A program made the position numbers and the translations under genes. A stretch of 64,000 nt of DNA from the human T2T-CHM13v2.0 reference genome, Homo sapiens. The DNA is taken from the NCBI RefSeq assembly GCF_009914755.1, contig NC_060929.1; one strand, given 5' to 3'. Shown here piece by piece: positions 11,931 through 25,204 of this stretch. The notes beneath the pieces were generated by a model that was not told the origin of the DNA, made no database searches, and saw only the letters and a program-made list of their open reading frames with translations. The stretch's first letter is position 1. Every line of letters starts with the position of its first letter.

Positions 11931-12581
11931 TGTTAGCAGCAGCAAATCGGTATGGGTCTACAGAAACCTCAATTCATGCCTCCTCAGAAGAAAAAAATTG
12001 ACCAAGAAGTATTAAGCAGAGAGAGAGATTGAGGCAAGATTTAGAGTAGGAGAGAAAGTTTATTAAAAAGTTTTAGAGCAGAAATGAAAGGAAGTAAAGT
12101 ACACTTGGAAAAGGGCCAAGTGAGTGACTTCAGGGATTCACATGCACCGTTTAACCTTTGACTTGGGTCTTGATATGTTGGCATTTTCATCCTCAGCAGC
12201 CTGCCAGCACTTGGGAGGGGATGTAGGGGCAGTGTGTTTACGGAAGTTGTACACATGTCCACTTGAGGCATTTTTCCCTTATCAGTGGAGTGTACCTAGA
12301 GGAAGGTCATATACCAGTTAAACTGTCATTTTGACTCAGTACGCTTGCTTGAGCCCACTTGACCAACTCTTGAGATTTTATCCGGAAGCAGCTCATCACC
12401 AGCTTCAGGTGTTTTCTATCTTTTGGGAAACTGCCTTTCCCTGGCACCACCTGCAACCAATTACTATTTTACAGAGACAGTTTAACACCTGACCATCACC
12501 TGATGGTTGCCTGACATTCCTGGTGTGGAGTGGGTGTCTCTCCTACCCTTGCTCATGTCTGCTTAACTACCTACTATAACA
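11931..12581 (-). mobile_element. ERV1 solo LTR, MER50-like
   Basis: Minus strand starts tgttatagtaggtagttaagcagacatgagc and ends gctgctgctaaca; perfect 4-bp TSD atag (11927-11930 and 12582-12585). Confidence 0.88.
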
Positions 12582-13037
12582 ATAGGATGGCCAAAATAAG
12601 GGTTATCCTTAGTAAATAGTTCTAACTCAACAGATAACACCATGTGTGTATGTTTATTTTTCCTTCTTTTCTTCCTTGCTTTACTCTGTATTCCCTCTAA
12701 ACTGATTAGCTGCTTCTAAGTAACGTATGATAAAAAGCCTCTCTTGGTCACCCTGCTACCTTTTCCTAACTTAAATTTGAATAGTCAACAAGATAGCACA
12801 GGAATAAAATTAAAATAAAATCTTTAAATCATAATACTAGCTGGCAAGAAGGTACATGTATTTTTTGGGAGGCCTAGGTAGCTTCTCAATGACGTCAGCG
12901 CCACTGGCAATACAAATAGGAAAGGATAATTTTCCTCACATAAAGACAAGAAAAATGTAGAATTTATGATATTTTGATTTCTTCCTCGTGCTGGTATTTT
13001 TCAGCTTAAAATCTTTTCTCTTTGCCTTTTTCCAGAT

Positions 13038-14999
13038 TGTTACAGGATCCTTGGGGTGTTGCTTTTCTGGCTGGAAACCTCTGTGGCCAGTGGCGCCTTT
13101 GCCTAAGTTTTGCTCAGGCCACTGGGCTCATTTTACCCACTCGACATGGCAGGCTGTGCTCAGCTCACTCTCGCAGCCTGGATCCCACACCTGCCAAGGG
13201 CAAGTCAGGCATGGAGCAGCGAGAGGTTTGTGAGCAAGCATGGGGTTCAGCCACTGTGCACAGCCAGACACGCTTGCTGCTGCAGTGGGGCAGGCAGCTC
13301 CAGGTGCTGGCATGGGTGCTTGCTCTCTGTGAGGCTGTGGCAGGACCAGGCACACCGGAAGCAGCTTCCACGGCTTGCACTGGGGAACGTGGTGCTCCCT
13401 GGAAGCTTAGAAGTGCCAGGAACCTTAGGACCCCAAAGACGGAGTCACAGCCTTAGTCAGGGTGCTCCCAGGTCTGGGTTCCTGAAGAGCCTCAACTCCT
13501 CTCACTTTCTTTGCTCACAAAGTGGCAAGCAAAGGGCAAGTTTCAGTCCTGTTTGTGTTACAGCTCTTTTAGCCTCACCATTCATTGGGTCCCAAGTTCT
13601 TGTCCTGCAATCAGGAAGAATGAGGTACACAGACAAGTAGAGGGTGAGCAAGATGAAGAGGAGCTTTCTTGTGTGATGGAACAGCTCAGAGAAGACCTAC
13701 AGGGGGAAGCTCCTTTCCACAGACAGGGTGTCCTGACAAGTGTGCACCTCTCAGCAGAGAGAGTAGCTCCTCTCTGCAGCTGGTCCTCCTGTTGTCTGTT
13801 TAGCTCTGGCTGAGTCCAGGGTTTTTATCGCCCTCAGAGTGGAGGAAGTGCACACAGATTGGTCCATGGGTGGCTATAGGCAGGCCAAGAAAAGCACCAC
13901 AAGTCCCCACTCTGGTCCAGGGGACCGGCAGCCCAGCCCCCAGCTTCACTCCTTCCCTGGCTTGAAGGTAGGATTTCACCAGGGGCCTGCCCCATTCACC
14001 TAGGAGCCTGTCTGCCTCCCACTGCCATCCATGGCGTCCAGGCTGCTCTTGCCAAGGGGCACCTGCAAGCAAGCGCCAAGCTTCCGTCACAGGCCCCCTT
14101 TATTTCCCCCTGCACTCATCGCCGCCCAGTACCCAAAGTCTGGAGAGGGCGGAGGCTGCAGGGGCTGGCATGTCAGAGCTGCCCCGAGCATGCGTACACC
14201 CAGCCAGTCTGTGACAGCGCCTGGGCTCAACCCCAACCCCGCTCTGAAATCAGAGCAGGCACCAGGAGTGGGAAGAGTCCAGGCAGCAGGAGTAGACACC
14301 CGTGAGCCTCTGGGGGAAGGGGGGGGCCTTCCCAGGTTCCCAAGGGTGCGGAGTGCAGTGATGCCTGAATCCTGTTCCTGGGAGGACGGAGCTCTCACCC
14401 ACTCGGTGGAACGTGCAGGCAGCCCTGGCCATGCCTCCTCACAGCCTGGGCCAGGGGCTCCACGTTCTCACTGGGCCACTCTCTGACCTCCCCTCTAGGC
14501 CTGACGGCACTGCTCCACCGCCAGTGAGTGGCTCGGCCTGGCCGCATCGCCGTGGCTACCAGGGTGGCAGGCTCCGGGGTCTCTCTGGGGTAGGTTCTGG
14601 AGATTGACTGCCTCCTCTCTGTGCCCACTCTGTAGTGGTGGTGGGTGAGGTGCAGGTGGCCCAGCGTTCTCCCGCCATCCCCGCACAAACAAATCTGACA
14701 TCCTGGGAACCAACCCTGCAAGTTCCAGCTGTGCCTTCAGGCAGGTGTTCGCGGGCTCCCAGGATGTGGCGGGAAGTGAGATTCTAGTAACGACAGAGGC
14801 TCCGGGACTGGGAGCGGGTCCTGTCTGGCCGTGTGAGGGGTCAGGGTAGCGCAGTCGCCTGCCTCAGGGACACGGGGCATAGGGGACCCATTGTCACCAT
14901 TGCTGCTCCCACAGCTGCTTGAGCCACCACCACTCGCGCCTCCCTGCTGCAACTAGCGTGATGGTAGCAGCTGCTCTAGACGGCCCACTGCTGACATCA
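13038..14999 (-). mobile_element. ERV1 solo LTR, MER52 family (length fits MER52D/A), GC-rich
   Basis: Minus strand starts tgatgtcagcagtgggccgtctagagcagctgctaccatcacgc and ends ggatcctgtaaca; TSD agat/aaat; sharp GC step at both ends. Confidence 0.9.
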
Positions 15000-15589
15000 A
15001 AATGACTAGTACAACTGCTTTCCTTCCTGTGGCTTCCATATAGGGACACGAGTTTTTATCCATGTTCTCAGTTATCTTCTAATCACATCTCTATCATTTC
15101 TGCTTTCCTAACTACATGTGTGTGGCTGATAAACGGCCCTTGGAGGTGGAATATGTCTAATATGTGAAGGAGACTCAGAACTATGGCATGACCACAAAAA
15201 CCTGTGTCCTCAAATAGAACAGGTGATTCATTATTGGCCAAAGATGTGTGCAGAAGGAACATATTCTGCTAGTTCTATGGAGAAAGAACAGACCCAATAT
15301 TGGATGACAACTTGGCATATCTGTCACAGAATGTGATATTATCTATTTCCCCTTGTTGAACTACGCTTCTATTGGGTACTTTTCCTGGCTACTCCTTTAT
15401 CATTCATATTTTAACATATGTAGGAAATGGTGAGAGAAACCTCCCAGATATCAAACTTGTCTGTACTTGCTTTCACCTCTAACCACATTATCCTTTTGAA
15501 ATTATTTTCAGAGCTTGAATCACAGACTCATATTTGTCATTTGGGTATTTGATCATTTATTCATTTTGTTTATTTGTCATTTTTCAAAA

Positions 15590-15712
15590 TATTGTAAGCT
15601 TCTAGGAAACAGAGAAGTTGTCCGTGTTGTTCAGAGAGGCATTCTCATCTCTCAAAACAGTGCTCGCTTTTTGTAAATACAAAATAAACATTAGTGGGTT
15701 GGATGCATGCAT
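15590..15712 (+). mobile_element. L2 3' end relic
   Basis: tgtaagcttctaggaaacagagaag...aacagtgctcgc...aataaacattagtgggttggatg resembles the L2a tail. Confidence 0.55.
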
Positions 15713-17859
15713 GTAAAGTCAATTGTTTCTTAATATTTTAACCAACCTCTTGAAAATCTCCATGTAAACTACCACCTACCTATTTTATCCCTCTAATCAT
15801 TTAAGTATTTTTATAATACATTCTGTTAAAAATAATAAATAAATATATTTTCATTATATGAAGAGAAATTCAGTAGTTTTGCACACTCCCACATTTAAAA
15901 TAAGATTGTAAATGAAACATAATATAAATGACAGAAACCATGAAAAATTATGTTTTGCTATGAAGGCAAATTTATTGTTAGAATATTAATTCATACACAT
16001 TAGAAAGTGTACTTTGAAGATACTTAGTGCATTTTTCTATCAAGCTGAAAAATTTTTCCATTTCAGCATAAAGACAGCATAGGCTTAAATATAGTTTAGC
16101 TAATAGATCATTTTGCACAACATTAAGCCTGCAAATGCTTTCAAGAATATTTGATGCTGCAATACTTTCAAACAACTGTAATGCAATTAATTTCTACTGT
16201 GCACATAGTCAGCTAATAACCATAGAGGCATCATTCAGTCAGTTATATAGCAAATATAAAAATGAAGAACAAACTAAATTAGGATGGAAAGAAACTGGAG
16301 GTAAAAGAAAATTATTCTGGTTTGCATGTTGAATATATGTAAATATATGGAATATATGGATAAGGTGAAACCACCACACAATTCTCTGGACTTTTCTTTC
16401 CAGAATCATAAAATTACAAGGTGCATACATTGTTAAACATGTCTATTAAATATTATATGTGTCTATTATTAGATATCAATGGTTATTCTAACCAAGGATT
16501 ATATTTCTAGGCATACTTTCCTTGAAATTTGTCATTGTCATAATTGATAGATTATTATACTATAAAAATTATCTGCTATTTCCAAATGTCTTTCTTTAAA
16601 CCTGCAGTTTTCTTAAGTTGTTGTACATCATTTTTTCTTGTATTCAAGACAATTGGGGAAAAGTTTATTCCACCTTCTTCAACTTTACTAATTCTTTAGC
16701 AATATTTATTGATTATGGCAATATCACTCACATTTTCACCAGTATGGCATTTGTCTTTAGGGTAATGCTATCCTTTGGTCCGTATTACCTACTCTCACTT
16801 TGGAATCTTCATCTGAAATACCTCTTGTCAAAATGCTCTGCTTATATTTTTCCTAATTAGGTTTGAGTTTCTTGTAATGATGATGGATATATTTTCAAAT
16901 ATTTCAGAATAAACTCAGACAGTTTTAAAGGGTTAAATACATTTTGAAAAATGAGAATTCAGTGGTCAGTACCTTTTCTGTCATGTAAATTTAAATGCTG
17001 TGATTTATAATAGTAACTCTCACTGAATTTGGGATCCTTTGTGCCATTTTAAAGTGGGTAGTTTCTAATAAATAACAAAGCATAGTGGAAAACATTTTAA
17101 ATTGTGGAAAGCCGCTTCTCTGGTACATTTTCTTACAGGGCACATTGGATCAATTGCCCGGCTCTATCTCTTTGGTCACTTCCTATAAACAAATTGGATT
17201 TCCTCGAGGAGCTTGGCCTGTGTGCAGCTGATAAGTAGTGCAGCAGGCTCTACTTCTATTTGGTATTCCTTGTAGAACTTTGACTTCATTCTTTTCATCT
17301 AATTTTCTGGCTGTCATAGTTTGTACTGATGTTTTTCCTGTTCTGCCTTTCCTTTCCTACTCACTCAATTGCAATTTCTTTTCCCTTTCAGTGCTTGAAT
17401 AATAAGTTGCTTTGTCAAGCAATACTAATAGCTGTCTCTAGTCACACTCTTTGGAGTGACTCATCCCACACGGAGGCATTTTGCATTGCTTCCCTCCAAA
17501 AATATAAACAAATAACTACAAGATTTTGGGAGACTGAGTTAGTGAGTACATAATAAAATGCAAGGGAAAAAGTCACATTAACTGCATTAACAAATGCAAG
17601 GAAAAAAGTCACATTAACTGCATAAGGTTTTTATCTCTGCATTTAGTAACCTACGCTGGTAGTAGAAGTTAGAAATATCATGAGAGTTCTAGATTCATGG
17701 ACAAGGGAATATTAATTAGCTTGGAAGAACAGAAGCCACCATTTGATTGAAACAAACAAAAGCCCAAATTCCAACTAAAAGTGTGCCAAAATAAATATGA
17801 TGGCAAATCTTATGTATTGCTTGCAAAATGTTATTCACAGTTCTAAGTTTGTTATGGAT

Positions 17860-17990
17860 AAATGGGTCATATGATATTCAGTTTACAGATGAGAGAACTG
17901 AAGCCAGGAAAGTTAAACAAACTTGCCTCAAATCACATAACTAATAAGAAAGGGCCAGAATTTGAACCATGATAGCCAGATACCAAAGTT
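17860..17990 (-). mobile_element. MIR core
   Basis: tttacagatgagagaactgaagcc...aacttgcctcaaatcaca...agaatttgaacc. Confidence 0.8.
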
Positions 17991-19237
17991 GGCATTTAAA
18001 ATATGATAATGCCTCCCGTATGCTAAGGACTTCAAGCTCAGGAGTGGTGTTGCAAATAAGTGATTGTTTTTAGTAAAAAGTCTGACTGATTTTCATCGTG
18101 TTAATAAATTTACTGGGATAAAGAAAGTAAGATGTTTGGAATTAACAATTCTGGTTATTATCAAATATATTTATTTGAATTAATTGGCATATCAATGTAA
18201 TTTTCATCAAGTAATTTAAAATAGTAATTCTAAACATTACATTATTCAGCAAGATGCTGCCACTGATGAGGCTAAAAAAGGTTACATGTAAACCCTTCAT
18301 ATATTTTAGAATCAACTCCATAGGCAAATAAATTTGCATTAAAATGTGTGATAAATAATTTAATAATAAAATATAATCAAAACACGAGAAAGCTAAAGTA
18401 ATAGCTTTTTCTCTGCATATGAAAATCATGCAAATCAATCTACTGCAAAGTTCAGAGTGAGTAAGGAACTTCCATGTAAAATTCTCGTCTTCAATCCAGA
18501 AGAGTTTGCTTGAAAACTTCAATAGTAACATGTGTTTAAAACAATAAAAATATACACAGTAATGTTTCAGCAATAGAAAAAATATATATATCTTGAAATG
18601 TAAATATTTTTTATGAGCTTGCTTTATATCATATTATCTAAAGATCTGCAGCATATAATAGTAGAGATTGTTTAAATAGCTTAATCAACCAAAACCAAAA
18701 TATCTTACTTTTAAATTAAGCAATTTTTCAAAGACTGGAATGCTTATGAAATATTATTATGTCAACTCTATTTCTTTCCTACTGGGTAACATTTTAGTAA
18801 GCCTAATAAATTTTATTATTAAGTATACTGACCTATAAAATTATTTATAATTCTTTTTTATGCTGCATTCTTTGCTACGGTACATAGGTGCCTAAATTAA
18901 AACTTTAGTAAACTTAGATAATATTTACAAAGCAAGTTCATATCTAATTGAATTTGTTTCCTATATATCAAGGAAAAACATGTTTTGTTGGATTTTAAGG
19001 TATTTTCATTATGTACTCACTATAATTCTTTGTACTAATATTACAGAGAGAAATCTAGAATGAAGCATACTGATTCTTGACCAAATGCTTTCAGGCTTTG
19101 AGAATTGCATTATATCATTTTGATTGTTGAAATAGACACTAGGAAGTTCCAAAAAACAAAAACACATACTCGAGCAAAAGGACAAAACAAACAAGTAAAA
19201 ATATCAAAAACCCCTTGATTTTAAATAAATTATTTTA

Positions 19238-19558
<321 letters not shown>

Positions 19559-20112
19559 TTAATGACAGCTGGGGGATGATTTAAAAGTATATTGGTGGGT
19601 CCAGGTGAGAGATGGTAGAGGCATGTTGGATATCAAAAGATATCTGCCAAAATGGACAGATTGGATAAACAATTTTTGTTTTACATCATTTATATAGTTC
19701 ACGCAATTTACATTAATAAATCATGGCTTTTAAAAACTATGTACTATTATTTTAAGTTATATTTATATATAAATGCATGTTACATTGTGCAAATGGGTTG
19801 TTATTATATGTTTTAACATAAGTATAATTTTACAATTGAATAGTAATTTATGTAGGCTATAAAATCTAGTATTTGGAGAAAAATTATGTTCAAAAAATAT
19901 TTTACTTATTAAATTATTTTCTTTTAATGTATTCACTTATCATATACACAAGGTATATGTCATATTTTATCATGTATAAAATATCTTATCTATTACATAT
20001 GAGAAATACATAATATATGATAAATTACATTTTATCACATATAAGATATGATAAAATGTATACAATTTATATGTTATATGTAATATGATAAATACATATA
20101 ATAAATGGGACA

Positions 20113-20223
20113 CATTGTATGCTTGTATCAAAATATCACATATACCCCATAAAAATATACAACCATTATTTATCCACACAAATTAAAAATGAATAGAAGG
20201 TAAATCTAAAAAAATAAAAAAAA
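20113..20223 (+). mobile_element. L1MA1-3-like extreme 3' tip, preceded by an AT-rich low-complexity tract
   Basis: cattgtatgcttgtatcaaaatatcacatataccccataaaaatatac...cacaaattaaaaat. Confidence 0.7.
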
Positions 20224-20289
20224 ATTCATCCTTAGTGTTCAGTGGGATCAGTTTATATGTGAGTAAACAGAGATTAAAAGATCTAGGAA

Positions 20290-20597
<308 letters not shown>

Positions 20598-21625
20598 AAG
20601 ATCTAAGAATTCTGGCTCTAAATGAATTTGAGTCTCTACCAGCAATATTTAGATGAAAGACTGTCCTTTTCAGAATGCAAATATCTAGATAACTCAGGGG
20701 TTATAAGTTAATCTCACATTTTTTGAACTAGGTAAATTGAACACTCCTAATAGTCCCTAAACAATTGTGATTCTGAAGGGGGTTTCGTGTGGGGGGAAGT
20801 AGTCACCTGGATCACTGGGCACTTTTTATGACAACCAGCCTGGGTGGAGAGTCACAATAAGATGGGTGGGTACTTAAGGTACAATAGAGCTCCTAGGACA
20901 GTGTTGCGCAGGAGAAAAGTGGGCTGCTACTACTAAGTGGTGAATCAGGTAACTTAATATCTCTATTGTATTTTAGTTGTTTTTTAAAATCTTAATATCA
21001 AATACTTGAAAAAGTCACATATTTAGACACATGGCTTTCAAGAATGTCATTTTATTCCAATGTCACCATTAAATATATCCAGCATTTTAATTTCTGAGGT
21101 ATGCTTACACGGTAGCAGGATTTTCGCTTTCTAACATCATAAAAATGTAAAAACACATCATAAGAAAAACAAAACACATTTTTAAAACGATAAAATGTGA
21201 ACTATGATTTAGCATCTGTGTATGATTACAGACGTCACTATAAAAGTAGCTGCCACAGATACTATCAAGTTCGTACTTAATTTTAACATATTAACATTAT
21301 GACTATCAATAGATAAATGATCAGGTTATGAAAACAATAAACATATTAACCATAAATTTAATTTGTTTCTCTGAAAACAGTAAAAAATATAAAATAACCA
21401 ATTTTTATACAGATCAGGAAGGGATGATACCTCTAAACAAAATTTTACTCATTAAAATGTGAAAAATATACATCAGCCAATGGCATAGGTATTGACATTA
21501 TTAACACTAAAATTATCATTTAACAAATAATTCTATGTTAAAATAATTGTATTAAAATTATATTGTTTTCCAATTATATTTAAACATAATTATATTTAAA
21601 TAACTGAAGTATTTAAAAATGTTAT

Positions 21626-21790
21626 TCTATATGTATATGTACATATATAAACACATATATAGACATACATATGCATACATGTATATCATATATAGATATA
21701 TACATATATGCATACAGATATGATTATATATGTGTATATACATACACATATATACATACACGTGTGTGTGTCTGTGTGTGTGTATCTATA
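21626..21790. repeat. (TA)/(CATA)/(TG) low-complexity repeat
   Basis: Direct reading. Confidence 0.85.
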
Positions 21791-21804
21791 ACTTGTAGCT
21801 CAGT

Positions 21805-22032
21805 ATGAAAAACAAGCTCAAAACAGGCTGCCTAGGTTTGCTTCCAGGTTCCACCATTTAGCCCTGTGATGTTGAGCAAGTCCCATAAATTTCTCCATGA
21901 CTCAGTTTCCTCATATGTAAAAAGACTCATAATTGTACCTACATTCTGTATTTATTGTGAGAATGTAAGTGTAATGAATTTGAGATATTTAGAAGAATAT
22001 TTGACATAGGGGAAAAACATAAATATTAGCTG
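21805..22032 (+). mobile_element. MIR
   Basis: ctgtgatgttgagcaagtc...ctcagtttcctcatatgtaaaa core, tail aaatattagctg. Confidence 0.85.
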
Positions 22033-22436
22033 TAAAAAGTAATTTTAGTGCGTACTTTTACATTTAACACTGTGCCTTAGAGAGTCTTTCTTGCCTCATA
22101 AGGTTAATTCATAGACAGCTTTTTAACATTTATGAAGTATTTCATAAAATAGATGCCCCATAATTTACTTCATTATTTATCTTTAAGTTTGTTTGCTATG
22201 TTTTGTCATGAAAAGCAACACAAAGATGAACACTTTTGTACTTTATCTACAAATGTGCAAAAACTATTGATATTAGTGAAATGCATAATTTAGAAATTTT
22301 TGATTGGCAATAATAAAATGAATTACAAAAATACACTTTAACACTTTATATTCATAGTGGCAACATGTGACAGCCTGTTTTCTCTGCATGATGGTTTTTG
22401 CATTACATTTTTCTCTTAAGGCTCAGAGTATATAAC

Positions 22437-24888
22437 ATGGGTCAGATACCCCTTATCAGAAATACCTGGAACCAGAAGAGTTTTAGATTTTAGATTTTTT
22501 TCAGATTTTGGAATATTTGCACATGCATAATAAAATATCATGAGGATGAGACCCAATCCAGACACAAAATTCATTTATGTTTTATATACACTTTATACAC
22601 ATAGCCTGAAAATATTTTTGTACAGTATTTTAGGTGATTTTTTGCATGAAACAAACTTTATGTACATCGAACCATCATAAAAGCAAAGGTGTTACTATCT
22701 CAGCCACCCCTGTGGACAATGAGGTTGTTTGGCATAACTATTTTTCCTGACTGTGAATTTGTACGCTAACAATAAGCAATCATTGTTTTATGCTTATTAA
22801 CACATACACACTTAAATCTAAAAAATATGACATACCATTACTACAGTGAATAAATAATGTGTTCAAGGTTAACTAAGAAGCACAGTAGCATCACCTGAAT
22901 ATCTGTATTTGCTGTTAAACAAGAGCAAACAACAAAAGTCATTGTACACTGTATTTTATTTTTATTGGTTGAGAAGAACCAACAATGACATCAAGGGAAT
23001 AGGAAGTGGGTCCTCTCTGGACAAGGAGGCATTCTGCTGAATGGCTTTTCTAAATATTTCCTCTAGAGTCTCATTCATAACGTTTTTTTGTCTTATATCA
23101 TTGGTATTTAAACAGACAGGATTTCATGTTCTCTAGGGAAAGCAGACTGCTCTAGTCCTTTAGTCAGCTCATCACACATTTTTACCATGCCATCTATACG
23201 CAATTTGTCTGCATTATCAATGTCATCTTCATTGTCAGTATTATCACAATCTCCTTGATTTAGTACTATTTCATCTCTTTCACCACCAGTTGATAAATAA
23301 ACAACAGGAGTCTCATTGTAAAGGTTAACAACTTCTATAGCCACTTCTTCCAGCTTGCTGATGGATTCTGAAGGTACATTTTTTGCATATGTAGAGGTCA
23401 GACATCATTTTTTTCACTTAACATATGGACTCCTTCAAAGTCATTACCTTGTTCATCAACAATGGCAAGATTTTGTGATTCCTTGAAAACCGTCCTTTTC
23501 ATCCTCTTCATTGATCTTAGAATACCTTGATCATATGTATGAATTAATAAAGTCACAATTAGAGAAAAGTAAATGGCATAACATTAATTTGATGAATATT
23601 TCAGCTGGAGGAAGGGTGGAAATGTTGACAAGGAATCACAAAATGTTGCAGCTGTCATCAAGCCCAGGTTCCCACCAGTGAGAAGCAGCCACTGGTATGA
23701 AATGTTTGTAAAATCAATCAGAAAAGACGTCCTTAGTGATACGTGATTTTCTTAGTATAGTAATGTGCGGGTAAGATATTATTTTCTTGATAACAGAAAG
23801 GACGTAGGCTTTAAGCATGTCTGCTGCATGAAAACATCCCATCACAGTTATTTAGTCCTTGGCATCCTTAATTCCTATAGGGGCTGCCTCATCAGATATA
23901 GTCAGTGTCTTTCTGGAGCAATAATGATGAAACACTGGTGTTTCTTCATCATTATAGACTTGTTCTAGCATCAGATTTTCATCAGCAATAACCTCAGAAA
24001 GCTCATCAATGAATTTCTTTGTTGCTTCACCATCAGATGATGCTTTATAATGACCAATCTTTTTTAAAAAATGCTTTGTATTTTCTTAAATATCTGCAAT
24101 CTGCCTGTCAAATATTCATATTTTCCTTCAATTGTCATTTTATCATGATCAGCATACCATTATGTGGCCTCACTGAGATGGTGATGGATCCACTCTTTCA
24201 ATACACAGTTGAGATATTCATTTTTAGCTTTATGCAGTGTTTTTTTTTTCTATTTTTCATTAACTTTGGTTTAGCACTTTCAGCATAGTGCTTAGACATT
24301 GTATTCTGTTTCTTCAGGTCATATATGGTGGCCATTTCAATACCATTGTCTTCCGTAAGATGTTTCACACATCCGCCACTGTCTAGTTTCTCCAACAGCT
24401 TGACTTTCTGTGCTATAAACATAAATGCTTCCTCCTTTTCTTATCACTGTTACCTATAGGGGAACCTGCAGGCCCTTTTGGCATTTTTAACAGTATCTTT
24501 ATACCACAGAGCATAGAATAAGCCAAAAACACACTGAGTAATGCACGTAGGTATTGACCCCGTGTGAGACATCATGAAGAATGCAGCTGCAGTTGGTGCC
24601 TTTAGCCTGCAGAGAGAGTGTTTTATGACTCTTCATGGGTGTGTTATTGTGGAAGAATCTTGGTTTGCTTGAAAAAGTTATATCACAGCTAAAGAGGGCT
24701 GGGAGGGTGTTTAATCCCCTTGGAAATATGGAATAAACTGTGTGTTGTGCACCTGCATTGTGACTATGACTCACCACATGAGGTCAAACATGGAATATTT
24801 CCCTTGTGGCATCATATCAGTGCTCATTAAGTTTTAATATTGGAGCATTTTGGATTTCAGATGTTTGAATTGAGGTGTGTAAAATGTA
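22437..24888 (-). mobile_element. Tigger4 (Zombi) DNA transposon, near full length with decayed transposase
   Basis: MER46/Zombi-type ends (cccttatcagaaatacctggaaccagaag...; ...ttttggatttcagatgtttgaatt). Minus-strand peptides QKVKLLEKLDSG..VKHLTE (psq/CENP-B HTH, ORF 24198-24422), DDE-region LIHTYDQGILRSMKR (~23500-23560) and C-terminal ORF 23108-23344. Confidence 0.88.
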
Positions 24889-25204
24889 TTTTTATAAAAT
24901 GTCATTTCTTTTACTGGCAGGAATGATTAACAATAAAATTTTAAAACCTGTTTTAGAGACCTCTGTGTCAACATATTTCTAGTCCTTTTAATCTTTCTTC
25001 TTTTCTGTGGCTTACAGGACCTAATACCTTTCTATAAAGGCACAGCTGATTAATCTAACACAGGCATGCATTTTATAATTTCAACAGCTGATATCGCCTT
25101 TATTTCCCCAAATTTAATGGGGCTAATTGTAATTTAATATTGGATAAAATTTGTGAAATATATTTGTAAGTTTGTAAAATAAAAGTATAAATTTTTTAAT
25201 TGAA

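Noticed and set aside
12988-14952. Dense cluster of overlapping 70-176 aa ORFs on both strands
   Set aside because: All lie in the GC-rich MER52 LTR, where stop codons are scarce; no recognisable domain.
16560-16780. Minus-strand frame containing CHTGENV (zinc-finger linker or hAT-like)
   Set aside because: In-frame stop follows and no further C2H2 or hAT motifs are visible; cannot be supported without a search.
18142-18573. 143-aa minus-strand ORF
   Set aside because: I/L/F-rich composition typical of random AT-rich DNA; no motif and no splice context.
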